Assembly (NCBI GenBank): GCA_038087875.1
Contig: CM075977.1
Span: 132,060,001-132,124,000 of the forward strand
Direction: 5' to 3'
DNA: 64,000 bases
Source: Malacoraja senta
Lineage: Eukaryota
How positions within the stretch are numbered: the first letter of the stretch is position 1; every line of letters begins with the position of its first letter. Both the position numbers and the translations under genes were made by a program. Of this stretch, positions 1 through 11,897 are shown piece after piece. Under the pieces are notes generated by a model. That model ran no database searches. It was not told where the DNA came from and worked only from the letters and a program-made list of their open reading frames with translations.

Positions 1-966
1 CCATTGCTCACCCAGATGCTTCAAAAGTAACTTCCCACCACCTTCTCTGGCAATGTGTTTCACATTTCAACCTCTGTAGGTAAAAATATTATTTTCAATT
101 CCCTCTAAACCTCTTACTCTCACTTTAAACATATGCCTTCTGGTTTTTGATACCTTACAATCTACTGTATCTGTGCTTCTCACAGTTTGTTCACCTCTAT
201 CAAATTCCACCCTCAGCCTCTTCTGCTTCACAGCAAACAAGCCTGGCCTATCCTAACTAAGACTCCTATTGGAAAGGTTCAGAGAGATATGGGGAAACCA
301 CGGCCATGGGGGACTAACTCAGAAGAGCAACTTTGTTGGCATGTACGTTGGGCCTAAAGGCCTTTTTCCATACTGTGTAACTCGATGATTCTATCCAGTC
401 TCCCCTCTTAACTGAAACACTCCATCCTGACGAATTAGCTTTGCACCTTTTCCAGTGCAATCATGTCCTCCTTATAGTGTAGTGAGTGCCAGGAGTGTAC
501 ACAATAATTCAACTATGGCCTAACCAATGTTTTATAAAGTGCTACCAAGACCTCCCCACCCTTATATTATCTGACCCGGTTAATGAAGGCAATTGTCCAC
601 TGTGCCTTCTTCACAACAGTGGTATTGTAGCTCAATCTGAATCCCAAGTACTTTAATATGGTAACCACAGGAGGAAACCAACCTTCCTCTTGAGTTTAAG
701 GAATGAGAGATCATCTCATTGAAACCTGTAATATTCTTAAGGACTTTGAGAGGGTAGTTGTAGATTTGATGTTTCATTTGGAGAAATGCCTGGTCTCAAA
801 ATAAAGAGATGACTGTTCAGAACTGTTGAGAAAAATATTTTTTCCCTGAAGGGTAGTGTATGTTGGGAATAAATCATCTCCCCAAGAGAACTTTTGAAGC
901 TCAGTTGCAGAATAGAGATTGATTTATTGTAGATATTAAGGGAAGCAAGCTAAGAGTAGATGTGGG

Positions 967-1062
967 TAGACACAACATTCTGGAGTAACTCAACGGGACA
1001 GGCAGCATCTCTGGAGAGAAGGAATGGGTGACGTTTCGGGTCGAGATCCTTCTTTAGATTGA
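967..1062 (-). repeat. Penelope-derived repeat, hammerhead core mutated (CTAAAGA)
   Basis: Same family as 10168-10420. Confidence 0.75.
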
Positions 1063-1159
1063 CAAACTCCGACGAGAGTTCAGCAACATACTCTCCGATA
1101 AGAGTAGACGTGGCTCTTTCTGAGGTCAGGAGGGTAGGGTGGTACCACAGAGATGGGTG

Positions 1160-2100
1160 GTTGGCCACAACTGTCCACAATATATGTCAACAATTTTGCT
1201 GATGGGATCAGATGCAATATTTGCAAGTTTGCTGATGATAGAAGATGGGATTGAAAGTAGGGAGGATAACTTTCAACAGGATGAGTGAGAACACGGCTGT
1301 TGCAAAAATGTGAGATTATCATTTCATTGTACAAAACAGAAGAGCAAAGTATTTTTTTCATGATGCAAATGACAGGGAAATGTTGATGTTCAGAGGAACA
1401 CGAGTGATCTCGGGAATTTATTATGGGAAGATATGAGTACAAAAGGATAGGTAATCATGGCAGTATTGAGTACAGTTTTGCTCTCCTTAACAAAAAAATA
1501 CAGTTGCCATAGAGGGTGTACAGAGAGGAATTCATCAGACTGACTCCTGAGATGGTCCTGAGAACTTGCCATTAGAGAAGAGTGGGCTCGCATGCTCTGC
1601 AATTTAGAAGAATAAGAGGCACTCCCATTAAGACACTAAATTCATATTAGGCTTGACAGGCCAGATGCAGAGAGGATGTTTCCTTTGGCTGAGAAATATA
1701 GAACCAGAGGTCAATCTCAAGGGGTTAGGCTATTTCAGACAGAAGGAGAAGTTACATCACTTACTGCACAGCAAATCGCTGGACTTCTTCACTCTGCAGG
1801 ACTGTGGCAGTTCAGTCATTGGGACTGTTCACAACAGATCAATCCATTTTGAAATATTAAATGAATCAAGAGGCATGGCGACAATGCTGGGAAATTCAGC
1901 GACAGTATAAAATCAGTTACTGTATGATCTTGATCCATGATAGAGCAAAATCGAAGGGCTTGATGGGGTACCCCTGTTCCCGTGTCCATTTAGAGTAGAA
2001 CAATGATGCTGAAGTGGAGATCAGTTGTGATTTTATTTAGTGGTGGTGTAGGCACAGGGCATCCAAATGTCCTTGTCCTGCTTCTGTTTCTAATATTCTT
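1160..2100 (+). mobile_element. Old degraded CR1-like LINE fragments
   Basis: Remnants such as tgcaagtttgctgatgat (FADD) and a CR1-like 3' region. Confidence 0.55.
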
Positions 2101-2328
2101 AATACTATATTTTTCAAAGTGCCCAGACCTGTGAACAACCACAATGATCAGCGTGAACTGTTTCAATGTTTAAAAGGCAGAATTGCAAATGTGAAATTTT
2201 GAGCTTAAGATTATCTGATCAGGTTTTATAAACTTTTATTGTCGCCTTAATTTTACTCTTGGTAGTGAAGTATTAAATGTTTTAAAATAATACATGTGCA
2301 AATGTATTTTTTGCTCACTTTTTGGCAG

Positions 2329-3478
2329 CTGCTGTGAATTCATTTCAAGAAGCTAGAGGAAAAAACAAAAAGCAAGCCCAGAGGTCACAGCAGGAGCCAC
2401 AGCTGAAAGCAGAGTCATTACAGCTCTCAACATCAGAAGAAATATCTCATGGTAAAACAACTAAGGTGAAAGACGATGATACTGTAGGTGAGAAAAGCAA
2501 ATCGATGCACATCACACAAACCAGTTCTTCTCTGGATAAGTCTGAACCTGAGCCTTTGAATGAAAAGGGTTTCAAAAACGAAGGCACCACCGAATTCCAA
2601 ATTGAAGAATCGGTATTGATTTCTCAAGTTACCAAAAAGACCGAATCTATAGCAACAGATGGCAAACAAACCATTGCAGCTTTAGACAAATCTGAACCTG
2701 AATCAAAGAATGAAAAATGTTTCAGTAATGAAGACAACTCCGAAGTCCAAGCTACAGAATCAGCATTGGTTTCTCAAGTTACAGAAATGACCAAATCTAC
2801 AGCAACACAAGTCAAACAAACCATTGCAGCTCTAGACAAATCTGAACCTGAACCTTTGAATGAAAAATGTTTCAGTAATGAAGACAACTCCAAAGTTCAA
2901 GCTGCTGAATCAGCATTGGTTTCTCAAGTTATCGGAAAGACCAAATATAAAGCAACACAAGTCAAACAAACCAGCACAACTCAGGACAAATCTGAACCTG
3001 AAACTTTGAATGAAAAGTGTTTCAGTCATGAAGACACCTCCAAAGTCCAAGCTGAAGAAATATCATTGGTTTCTCAAGTTATCGAAAAGATCAAGCCCGC
3101 CCCGTTAGATACACAGAAACAAGTACAAGTTGTGATTAAGTCGCAGAACACAAGCCCTAGGGAAGAAGATGCCAGTGCTGAAGAGAAAGAGTACTTTGAT
3201 GATAGTACAGAGGAAAGGTTTTATAATCAGACATCGAGTGATGAAAGTGGGGATGATGATTTCTTTATTGGAAAGGTGAAGAGAACAAACAAAAAGAAAC
3301 AAGAAATTGATCCAACATCTGATGTTATCACTGTGAAAGATGATGAACAAAATATGCCAAGTAGTATGGAGGAAAGAAAGAGCAAATCCATTGGAAAAAG
3401 AAACAGCAGGGAGCAAACAAAGTTTGGATCTGTATTTTACAATAATTTGTCACGTTCAAAGGCATCAATGCAGAGCAA
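2329..3478 (+). CDS. SRFBP1: SRFBP1 (SRF-binding protein 1, BUD22 family), large internal coding exon
   Basis: Acceptor ttttggcag|CT at 2328/2329 and donor AA|gtaagg at 3478/3479. Contains AAVNSFQEAR and the characteristic EEKEYFDDSTEERFY..DDDFFIGKV motif. Splice phases join the next two exons in frame. Confidence 0.92.
2514..3095 (+). repeat. Coding tandem repeat, 4 x 150 bp (50 aa), in SRFBP1
   Basis: TCTGAACCTG recurs at 2541, 2691, 2841 and 2991. The peptide DKSEPE..NEKCF..E...VQA.ES.LVSQV is repeated. Confidence 0.95.
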
Positions 3479-3593
3479 GTAAGGACCAGATTTAATTTCA
3501 GTTTAAATTTATTTTGAATTAATTTCCTATACAATTTCTACTGCTCATAGCAAAATTAACTTGATTCTAAATTATTGTGCTTTTTTTTAACAG

Positions 3594-3625
3594 CGATCAG
3601 GGAGGGATCAAAAACAAGAAACAAG
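3594..3625 (+). CDS. SRFBP1: SRFBP1 32-bp penultimate micro-exon (N-DQGGIKNKKQ-D)
   Basis: ttttttttaacag| acceptor and AAG|gtcagt donor. It converts phase 2 (previous exon) to phase 1 (last exon), which is exactly what keeps the frame. Confidence 0.8.
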
Positions 3626-4399
3626 GTCAGTATTTTTTACTGGGTTTTCTTTGATTATGTTAATGTTGTGCATTTTCTTTTAAGTGTATCAGCAGTTATT
3701 TTGAAATTGCCTTCCATGCTACTGTAGTACACTTTGCTTGGTTGCATCAAGATTGATACCATCATTAGAAGTATGTAAACAAGGAAGGAACTTGCATAAT
3801 GAATACTCTGGAACACCAATAAGTGGCCCCACTGTAAACTATCGCTGACTGTGCACCCTTCATGCATATCCTGCCATTCAGTGAGATCAGACCCTTTGAT
3901 TCCTCATTCCTTGATTCCGCAGTGCCCAAATATTTGTCAATAAGTGGTCTTGGAAATATCCCTTAGTTGAGTATCCATAGACATTGTCATAAGGAAAAGG
4001 CATAGCCAGGTTTGAAGACTTATGTTTCCATTTGGACCAAATGGCTGGTTCTAAGAATACTTCTATTAAACATGAGAAAGACCTTCCTTCTCATCTGGTT
4101 CCTGATAGAGATGAAAAATCACAACTACCCAATGAAGATTTCCTGTTCTTGAGATTAATAGGCAACATTTTTTATACAACCCAGCTATAAGGAAATTCGT
4201 ATAATCAAAATGTTAAACTGGACAGGAACATATCTGCAACTGAGCTCATTGAGTAAGAGCCTAGGCTACTTCTTCAGCAACATCACTCAGTTCCATTCTC
4301 TGCCTGTGCAGTGGTAACAATCCCATGGAGTAACACTTAACATTTGGCATTGGTGCCTCTCTGCTGTTATTCACATTCCAGGGCACTCTGCATGTGGGC

Positions 4400-5535
4400 G
4401 TTTGTCATAAGGTCATCATAAGCATCTAGCAATCACTGCCTTAAAAATATCCACTGACGGCCTCCACAGCCTTCTGTGGCAGAATTCCACAGATTCACCA
4501 CCCTCTGACTAAACAAATGTCTCCTCATCTCCTTCCAAAAAGAACATCCTTTAATTCTGAGGCTATGACCTCTAGTCCGAGAGTCTTCCACTCTTCCACA
4601 TCCTCTCCACATCCACTCTATCACTCTTCTGTATATTTCAATATGGTCCTCCCTCATTCTTCTTAACTCCGGTGACTTCAGGCCCAGTGCTGACAAACAC
4701 TTATTATAGGTTAACCTACACATTCCAGGGATCATTCTTGTAAACCTCCTCTGAACCCTCTCCAGAGCCAGCACATTCTTCCTCAGATATGGTGCCAAAA
4801 ATTCCTCACAATATTCCAAATGCGGCCTTACCAGCACCTTATAGAGCCTCAACATTACATCCCTGGTTTTGGTATACAAGCCCACTTGAAATAAATGCTA
4901 GCATTGAGTTTGCTTTCTTTACTACCGATTCAACTTGCAGATTAACTTTTTAGGAATCCTGCACCAACATTCCCAAATCCATTTGCACCTCCGATTTCTA
5001 GATTTTCACCTCATTTAGAAAATAGTCTACGCCTTTATTCCCACTACCAAAATGCATGGCTGCACACTTTGCTACATCATATTCCATCTGCCACTTCTCT
5101 GCCTACTCTCCCAACCTGTCTAAGTTCTTCTGCAGAGTCCCTGCTTTCACTACACTACCTGCCCCTCCACCTATTTTCATATCATCCGCAAACTTTACCC
5201 TCATCCAAATCACTAATATACAATGTGAAGAGTAGCGGCCCCAGCACTGACCCATGCGTAACTCCACTTGTCACTGGCAGCAAACCAGAAAAAGCCCCCT
5301 TTATTGCCACTCTTTGTCTTCTGCCATCCAACCAACCTGCTATCCATGCTAGTATCTGCCCTTTGATACCGTGGACTCTCATCTTCCAAAGCAGCCTAAC
5401 GTGTGGCACCTTATCAAAGGCTTACTGAAAATCCAAGTAAACAACATCTACTGACTCTCCTTTGTCTGGCCTGCTATTTACTTCTTCAAAGAATTCCAGC
5501 AAATTTGTCAAGCAAGACCTCCCCTTCACAAAGCC
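4400..5535 (-). mobile_element. CR1 LINE fragment (RT plus C-terminus, frameshifted)
   Basis: ORFs with CLTNLLEFFE, GSVLGPLLF and RPHLEYC. Confidence 0.9.
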
Positions 5536-5669
5536 AAGTCTGTCTATCTGTCTTGTGTAGTTACCTACAATTGAACGTCCACTATCACATATCTGAGGTG
5601 AAAGGTGTTTAGAAAATTTGTGCTCTAGGAAGTAGGTGGGATAATTGAACAAAACCCAAAGCTTGGTTG

Positions 5670-5803
5670 NNNNNNNNNNNNNNNNNNNNNNNNNNNNNNN
5701 NNNNNNNNNNNNNNNNNNNNNNNNNNNNNNNNNNNNNNNNNNNNNNNNNNNNNNNNNNNNNNNNNNNNNNNNNNNNNNNNNNNNNNNNNNNNNNNNNNNN
5801 NNN
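5670..5803. other. Assembly gap (N run)
   Basis: Run of n characters. Confidence 0.99.
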
Positions 5804-6179
5804 GAGCAATTAATCCAGCTACTCCTCCCTGCCAATGTTTACATTCCCGTCTCCCCCATTGACCTATTTAAGTTTATATAGCACTTTCAGCTTAATATAA
5901 GGAACTTCACAAGTAAGGTGATATTAGGTGTGATGATCAAAACACAGTCAAAAATATTGTTTAAATGATTTCTTGAAGCAGAAGAGAGAGGCAGAGATTT
6001 GATGAGGGACATCTGTTGCTTAGGTCCCAGGCACCTGATGAAAAGGTTGGTAGTGGCAAAGCAGTTGGAATTGAGATTGATCAAGAGGCTATAACTAAAG
6101 GGCTGTGGAGCTGAAGGGTGTTACAGAAAGGTAGAGACGTTTTAGAACAAACTAGATAGTTAAGTGATGGAGTAATCAT

Positions 6180-6880
6180 CAAGCAAATTACATATAATGT
6201 GGGTAAAGGTGAAATTGTTCACTTTGACAGGAAAATTAAGAAATAAGTGAATTATCTAAATACTATGAGATACAGAGGGATTTGAAAGGCAAGAATGCAG
6301 CTATGCCAAGTAATTAGGAAAGCTAATAAATTTATTATTGCTGAGGGATTGGAAAACACAAGGTGAGGTTATATTTCAGTAACAATAGGGCATTAGTGGA
6401 ACCACATCTGGAGTAATGTGTACAGAATTGGCCTCTTATTTGAGGAATGATTTCAATGCATTGGAAGGAGTTCAGAGAGCTGAAATTGGTGGGTTGGCTC
6501 ACTGGAAAAGATTGGACAGGTTAAGTTCATATCCACCAGCATTTAGAAAAGTAGAAGCAAACTTATGAAACTTGATTGAAATCTATAAGATCCTGAGGGA
6601 TCTGAGCAGGATGAATGTAGAGAGATTTCCTTTCAGCGGAGAATGTAGGGCGAGAGTCATGTTTTGAAATGTCTTTTTATCTTCAGGGAATGCAAGTTTT
6701 TGAAACCTTTCCCTAAGGTAATGAAAGTAGAGTCTTGAAGTATTTTTAAAACACAGACAGATAGGTTTTTGATATGCAATAGAGTGAAAGGTGGATGGGA
6801 ATGCAAATTGAGGTTGCAATTAAATCAGCCATGATCTTATTAACTGGGGTTCCAAGTAATCTTTTCCTGCTACTAATTTG
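6180..6880 (+). mobile_element. Old CR1-like LINE 3' fragment
   Basis: accacatctggagtaatgtgtacag (RPHLEYC-like) and a CR1 3'UTR remnant. Confidence 0.6.
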
Positions 6881-7756
6881 TACACATGTTTGTATATAAA
6901 TATTGAAATTTTTGGTCATGCTCGAAAAAATATACATTTTAAGGTCCTTTTAATTTACACATTTAAGAAAATCCTCTCACATATGCTGGGAATTTAAATG
7001 CCTTCTTACTTCAGTTATGCAGTATTCCTGTAAAATGCTCCAAATCATTTGTATTGAAGGTCAGCTGTAGCATAAGGGTTCACATAAGAACACATATTTA
7101 AACAAGGAAAACATTCCTATTGCATGAGTAATGTTTTCACATCTCAACCTTTGTGAACCTATTCATGAATTATTGAATGATGTTAATGAGGCTCTGGGGT
7201 AAAATAATGTATGATGAGCAAAATATTTTTTTCATTGAATTCCGTCACAGATTGTGAAAAGGAATATGAGCACTGCTCTTCGACTGGTGGAAGATATTTC
7301 TGTGCAGAATGTATTGAACTGTGTAGCTGTGAAGGACAACAGAACCATACATTCCTCGTGTTACCTCTTAATATTCCCCATTGATTATTAACATAATTAA
7401 CTTTACAATTTCTTGCATTCAATAAATGTCATGAAATTACATTATATTACTTCTGCTTCTGCAGGAAAAAAAAAACTATTGATATACAGTATAGAAGGGT
7501 GTCTTTTCTTCAGAGTGAAATAAATTGCTTGCTTACGTAATTCTACAGAAAAGTGGCAAAATATACATTTTCAATTGTATAAATGTGGAAGGATGATATG
7601 ACTACACAGCTTGAGGATTATTTTGCATTGATGAGTTTTACATTTCTACATAATTTACATTAATCTAAAATCTCTTGTGTGTTTTAATGGCTTCATACTA
7701 CAAATTAGATCTATTTGTTGATCATACGTTCTCTGAAATTTGTTTTGCATTTACAG

Positions 7757-7941
7757 ATAGTCTACAAAACAAATCTAACTCCAAAATATTGTCCTATCAT
7801 CGGAGATCCCAAGGGAGGCCTGGAAATGTAATTCCAAAGCCACAACAATCGCTTCATCCCTCTTGGGAAGCAAGTAGAAGACGAAAAGAGCAGAACAAAA
7901 TTCCTGCATTCCAAGGGAAAAAAATGAGATTTGATGATTAA
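7757..7941 (+). CDS. SRFBP1: SRFBP1 terminal coding exon (BUD22 C-terminus)
   Basis: tttacag|AT acceptor. Encodes LHPSWEASRRRKEQ...FQGKKMRFDD*, the conserved BUD22/SRFBP1 C-terminus. Confidence 0.93.
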
Positions 7942-7979
7942 TTTTGATGATTAATGAGAAACAGGGAATAGCATATGTT

Positions 7980-8102
7980 TAAGAAGGAACTGCAGATGCT
8001 AGAAAATCGAAGGTAGACAAAAATACTGGAGAAACTCAGCGGGTGAGGCAGCATTAATGGAGCGAAGGAAATAGGCAACGTTACGGGTCGAAACCCTTCT
8101 TA
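7980..8102 (-). repeat. Penelope-derived repeat within the SRFBP1 3'UTR
   Basis: Same family; truncated within the hammerhead core. Confidence 0.75.
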
Positions 8103-8262
8103 TTTTGTATTAAAATCAATTCTAAAACCACATTAAAATATCTGAAGAAATTATCATACAAATATAAAATATCTGTCATGTGTTTTATACTAAAATTGAA
8201 ATTATATTTGCACACTGTTGTAAAATGATCTTCAGAATTGTTTTGTGTACATTTTATTACAA

Positions 8263-8270
8263 AAATAAAC
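8263..8270 (+). promoter_or_regulatory. Candidate SRFBP1 polyadenylation signal (AATAAA)
   Basis: aaaAATAAAc about 320 nt after the stop, just before a CR1 insertion. Confidence 0.5.
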
Positions 8271-8288
8271 ATTTAAAATTCATATTTA

Positions 8289-9021
8289 CAATAGACAATA
8301 GGTGCAGGAGTAATCCATTTGGCCCTTCGAGCTAGCATCGCCGTTCACTGTTCCTGCCTTCTCCCCATATCCCTTGACTGCTATCTTTAAGAGCTCTATC
8401 TAACTCTCTCTTGAAAGCATCCAGAGAATTGGCCTCCACTGCCTTCTGAGGCAGAGAATTACACAGATTCACAACTCTCTGGGTGAAAATGTTCCTCCTC
8501 ATCTCCGTTCTAAATGGCCTACCCCTTATTCTTAAACTGTGGCCCCTGATTCTGGGGGAACCAGGGACCCTTTAATCCATCTAACTTCCAGTGTTTATAA
8601 GCCCAGTCGCTCCATTCTTTCAACATATGACAGTCCCGCCATCCCTGGAATTAACCTCGTGAACCTACGCTGCACTCCCTCAATAGCAAGAATGTCCTTC
8701 CTCAAATTTGCAGACCAAAACTGCACACAATACTCCAGGTGTGGTCTCACTTGGGCCCTGTACAATAGCAGAAGGACCTCTTTGCTCCTATACTCAACTC
8801 CTCTCGTTATGAAGGCCAACATGCTATTAGCTTTCTTCACTGCCTGCTGTACCTGCATGCTTACTTTCAGTGACTGATGTACAAGGACACCAGATCTCAT
8901 TGTACTTCCCCTTTTCCTAACTTGACACCATTCAGATAATAATCTGCTTTCCTGTTCTTGCCACCAGTGGATAATCTCACATTTATCCACATTAAACTGC
9001 ATCTGCCCATTCACCCAACCC
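8289..9021 (-). mobile_element. CR1 LINE 3' part (interrupted by the nested element 9022-9871)
   Basis: KKANSMLAFI..RPHLEYCVQFW; 3' tail near 8289. Confidence 0.9.
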
Positions 9022-9871
9022 GCCACTCCGGAAGTGGCGGCGCTGTTGCACAGCTGCGGCTCGCCTGCAGTCCGTCTGTTTTTACTTTATTTGTTGTTTT
9101 CTCTTGCCCTGTTTTAGTTTATTGGATTGTGTACATGTGGGGTTGGGGGGGGGTGAAACATGATTTTTGTCTCTTCCTTTGGGGGAATGCGACTTTTTCT
9201 TGTCGTATCCCCCTTCTCTGCCTCCGTCTGCGCTGAGGCCAAAATGGCAGAGCTGCCGGCCTCCAACTCCAACTGCGACCGACCGACCTCGAGGCTCCGG
9301 AGGCAGAGCCAGGACTTACCAGCGCGGGGCTGGCTGGCTTCGGGGCTGCGGTGGTGTTCCGGCGGTGGCGACCGAGGACGCTGGTGGTGACCTGAGTCCG
9401 GAGGCTCGGCCGCGGGCCCGGTGGACGACATCGTCGGGAGCTCGCAGGTCACAGGTGGGTGACCTGTTTTTCTGGGGCTCCCGCAACTACAGCTGCGTCC
9501 GCTGGACTGGAGGGCGGCAGCTTCGGCCACCCCGGGCCGCGGAGTTTGAACCGGCCCGTCGCGGTTCAAACGGAGCGCGGTTGGACGGAGCACGGATTCA
9601 GCCGCGGGACTGACTTACCATCACCCGGCGGGGTCACAACGTCAGAAGCCTGGATCGCCTCAGAGCAGAGGGAGAACAAAGAGGGAAGAGACAGAGACTT
9701 TAAGACTTTTGCCTCCATCACAGTGAGGAGATGCCTGGTGAACTCACTGGTGGATGTTAATTTGTGTTTATTGTGTGTTTTGTTATTTATTATATGTATG
9801 ACTGCAGGCAACGAAATTTCATTCAGACCGAAAGGTCTGAATGACAATAAAGGAATCTAAGTCTAAGTCTA
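9022..9871 (+). mobile_element. Non-autonomous non-LTR retroelement with 21-bp TSD
   Basis: TSD atctgccca(t/c)tcacccaaccc at 9001-9021 and 9872-9892. 3' end TTCAGACC-GAAA-GGTCTGAA, TGACAATAAA, (TCTAAG)n tail. GC/CpG-rich body. Confidence 0.85.
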
Positions 9872-10060
9872 ATCTGCCCACTCACCCAACCCTGCATCCT
9901 CATAGCATCCTCACAGTTCACACTGCCACCCAGCTTTGTGTCATCTGCAAATTTGCTAATGTTACTTTTAATCCCTTCATCTAAATCATTAATACATATT
10001 GTAAATAGCTGTGGGCCCAGCACCAAGCCTTGCTGTACCCCACTAGTCACGGCCTGCCAG
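9872..10060 (-). mobile_element. CR1 LINE continuation (RT core)
   Basis: GLVLGPQLF...SKFADDTKLGG, collinear with 8289-9021. Confidence 0.88.
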
Positions 10061-10167
10061 ATCTGTGACATTTTAGATAACTAGAAATGCTATTCGTTAA
10101 GAGATTTGTATGATTTTATCTTTCAGGTTGGAGATCATGCGCACAAGTAGGAAAGTCCAGTTACATT

Positions 10168-10420
10168 TGTAGGAAGGAACTGCAGATGCTGGTTTACACC
10201 GAAGACAGACACAAAATGCTGGAGTAACTCAGCGGGACAGGCAGCATCTCTGGATAGAAGGAATGGGTGACGTTTCAGGTTGAGACCCTTCTTCAGACTG
10301 GACGTTTCGGGTCGAGATCCGTCTGAAGAAGGGTCTTGATCCAAAACATCACCCATTCCTTCTATCCAGAGATGCTGCCTGTCCCGTTGAATTACTCCAG
10401 CATTTTGTGTCCATCTTCAA
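10168..10420. mobile_element. Palindromic Penelope-derived element with hammerhead motifs on both strands
   Basis: Arms of about 90 bp are inverted. The minus strand reads CTGAAGA A GGGTCTCAACCT GAAAC GTC; the plus-strand copy at 10323 is decayed. Confidence 0.8.
10266..10301 (-). ncRNA. Minimal type-I hammerhead ribozyme motif
   Basis: CUGANGA core, stem II GGGU/ACCU, GAAAC-GUC. Stem I is short. Confidence 0.6.
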
Positions 10421-11418
10421 AATCCAGTTACAGATATATTTTAAAATTTCTATGGTGTATGATATTTTCAAATAACACCTCATTGGTGTAATGAGTTATT
10501 CAAGCATGTTATATTGAGAAAGTTTTGTCCCAACTCCAAAAATCGATGAAATGTTACATTTTCCTCTATGGAAAGATAATAAATTGGATTCTCAGAACAC
10601 TTGAGTATTCAAATGTACAATCATTATCACCATAGAAACAGAAGCATATAACACTGCTGTGCTTTGTTTTGTTGTTTTGATTCAAAATTCTGTCTTGGCT
10701 ATGGTGTTTCAGAAAGAGTGGAATTTTCAATTAAGATACAAATAGCTAGTGACATGAAATGCATCTGTCTGCCAATGGACTGAACACACTGGCTGCCCAC
10801 ACAGACAGCAATGTGATTGTGAAATTGTTGGCCTACACTGACCTTCCCCAACTCTGGATGGCTCATGGCCAGTAACCCACATCACTGATTTTCTACAATT
10901 GTGTTTGTTTCACAGTTGCAACTTCTCAATTTAAGCAGGAAACATGCAGGACCACTTGAATTTTGCAGAACTCCATCATTTGGAAAGAATTTTACAAATT
11001 AAACATGGTAACCTTTACAAATGTGCCACTGTACCACAAATATACTGGGCCAGATTGTGTTTACATGTTGCTGGTGAATGAGTACAGAACCGCAGGCTAC
11101 ACCCTGTTCACAGGTCAGCTTGTCTCTGACATCCACGGTCGCATGTTATAATACAGAATTTAGAAAGAAGCTGTAGTCCAGGTTCAACATCTTTTCCACA
11201 GGACTCACACTGAAACGAGTGATGGAACAAAAAATGTACTTGGCAGTGGGATCCAGATGCATTTTGTATCCAGCACCCCAGCTTTGCATCAGGGATAGTT
11301 GGGTTTTGTTGAGTAACCACATTTATTTAAATAAAGTCACCGATCCTGAAGGTAGGTGATCTGTTTATTTTTCTTTATTATGCTTTATCTTAAAAATCTT
11401 AATTAATTTTAGGGGCTT

Positions 11419-11897
11419 GACAATAGGCAATAGACAATAAGTGCAGGGGTAGGCCATTCGGCCCTTCGAGTTATTCACTGTGATCACGGCTGATCATCCA
11501 CAATCAGTACCCTGTTACTGCCTTCTCCCCATATCCCTTGACTCTGCTATCTTTAAGAGCTCTATCTAACTCCCTTTTGAAAGCATCCAGAGAATCTGCC
11601 TCCACTGCCTTCGGAGGCAGAGAATTCCACAGATTCACAACTCTCTGGGTGAAATTCTTTTTCCTCATCTCCGTTCTAAATGGCCTACCCCTTATTCTTA
11701 AACTGTGACACCTGGGTCTGGACTTCCCCCAACATCGGGAACATGTTTCCCGCCTCTAGCGTGTCCAATCCCTTAATAATCTTATATGTTTCAATAAGAT
11801 CCCCTCTCACCCTTCTAAATTCCAGTGTATACAAGCCCAGTCGCTCCATTCTTTCAACATATGACAGTCCTGCCATCCCAGGAATTAACCTCGTGAA
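11419..11897 (-). mobile_element. CR1 LINE 3' end
   Basis: GLSYVERMERLGLYTLEFRR and the CR1 3'UTR. Confidence 0.9.

Noticed and set aside
9114-9860. Several 130-160-aa ORFs
   Set aside because: GC-rich retroelement body with no recognisable domain, open on both strands.
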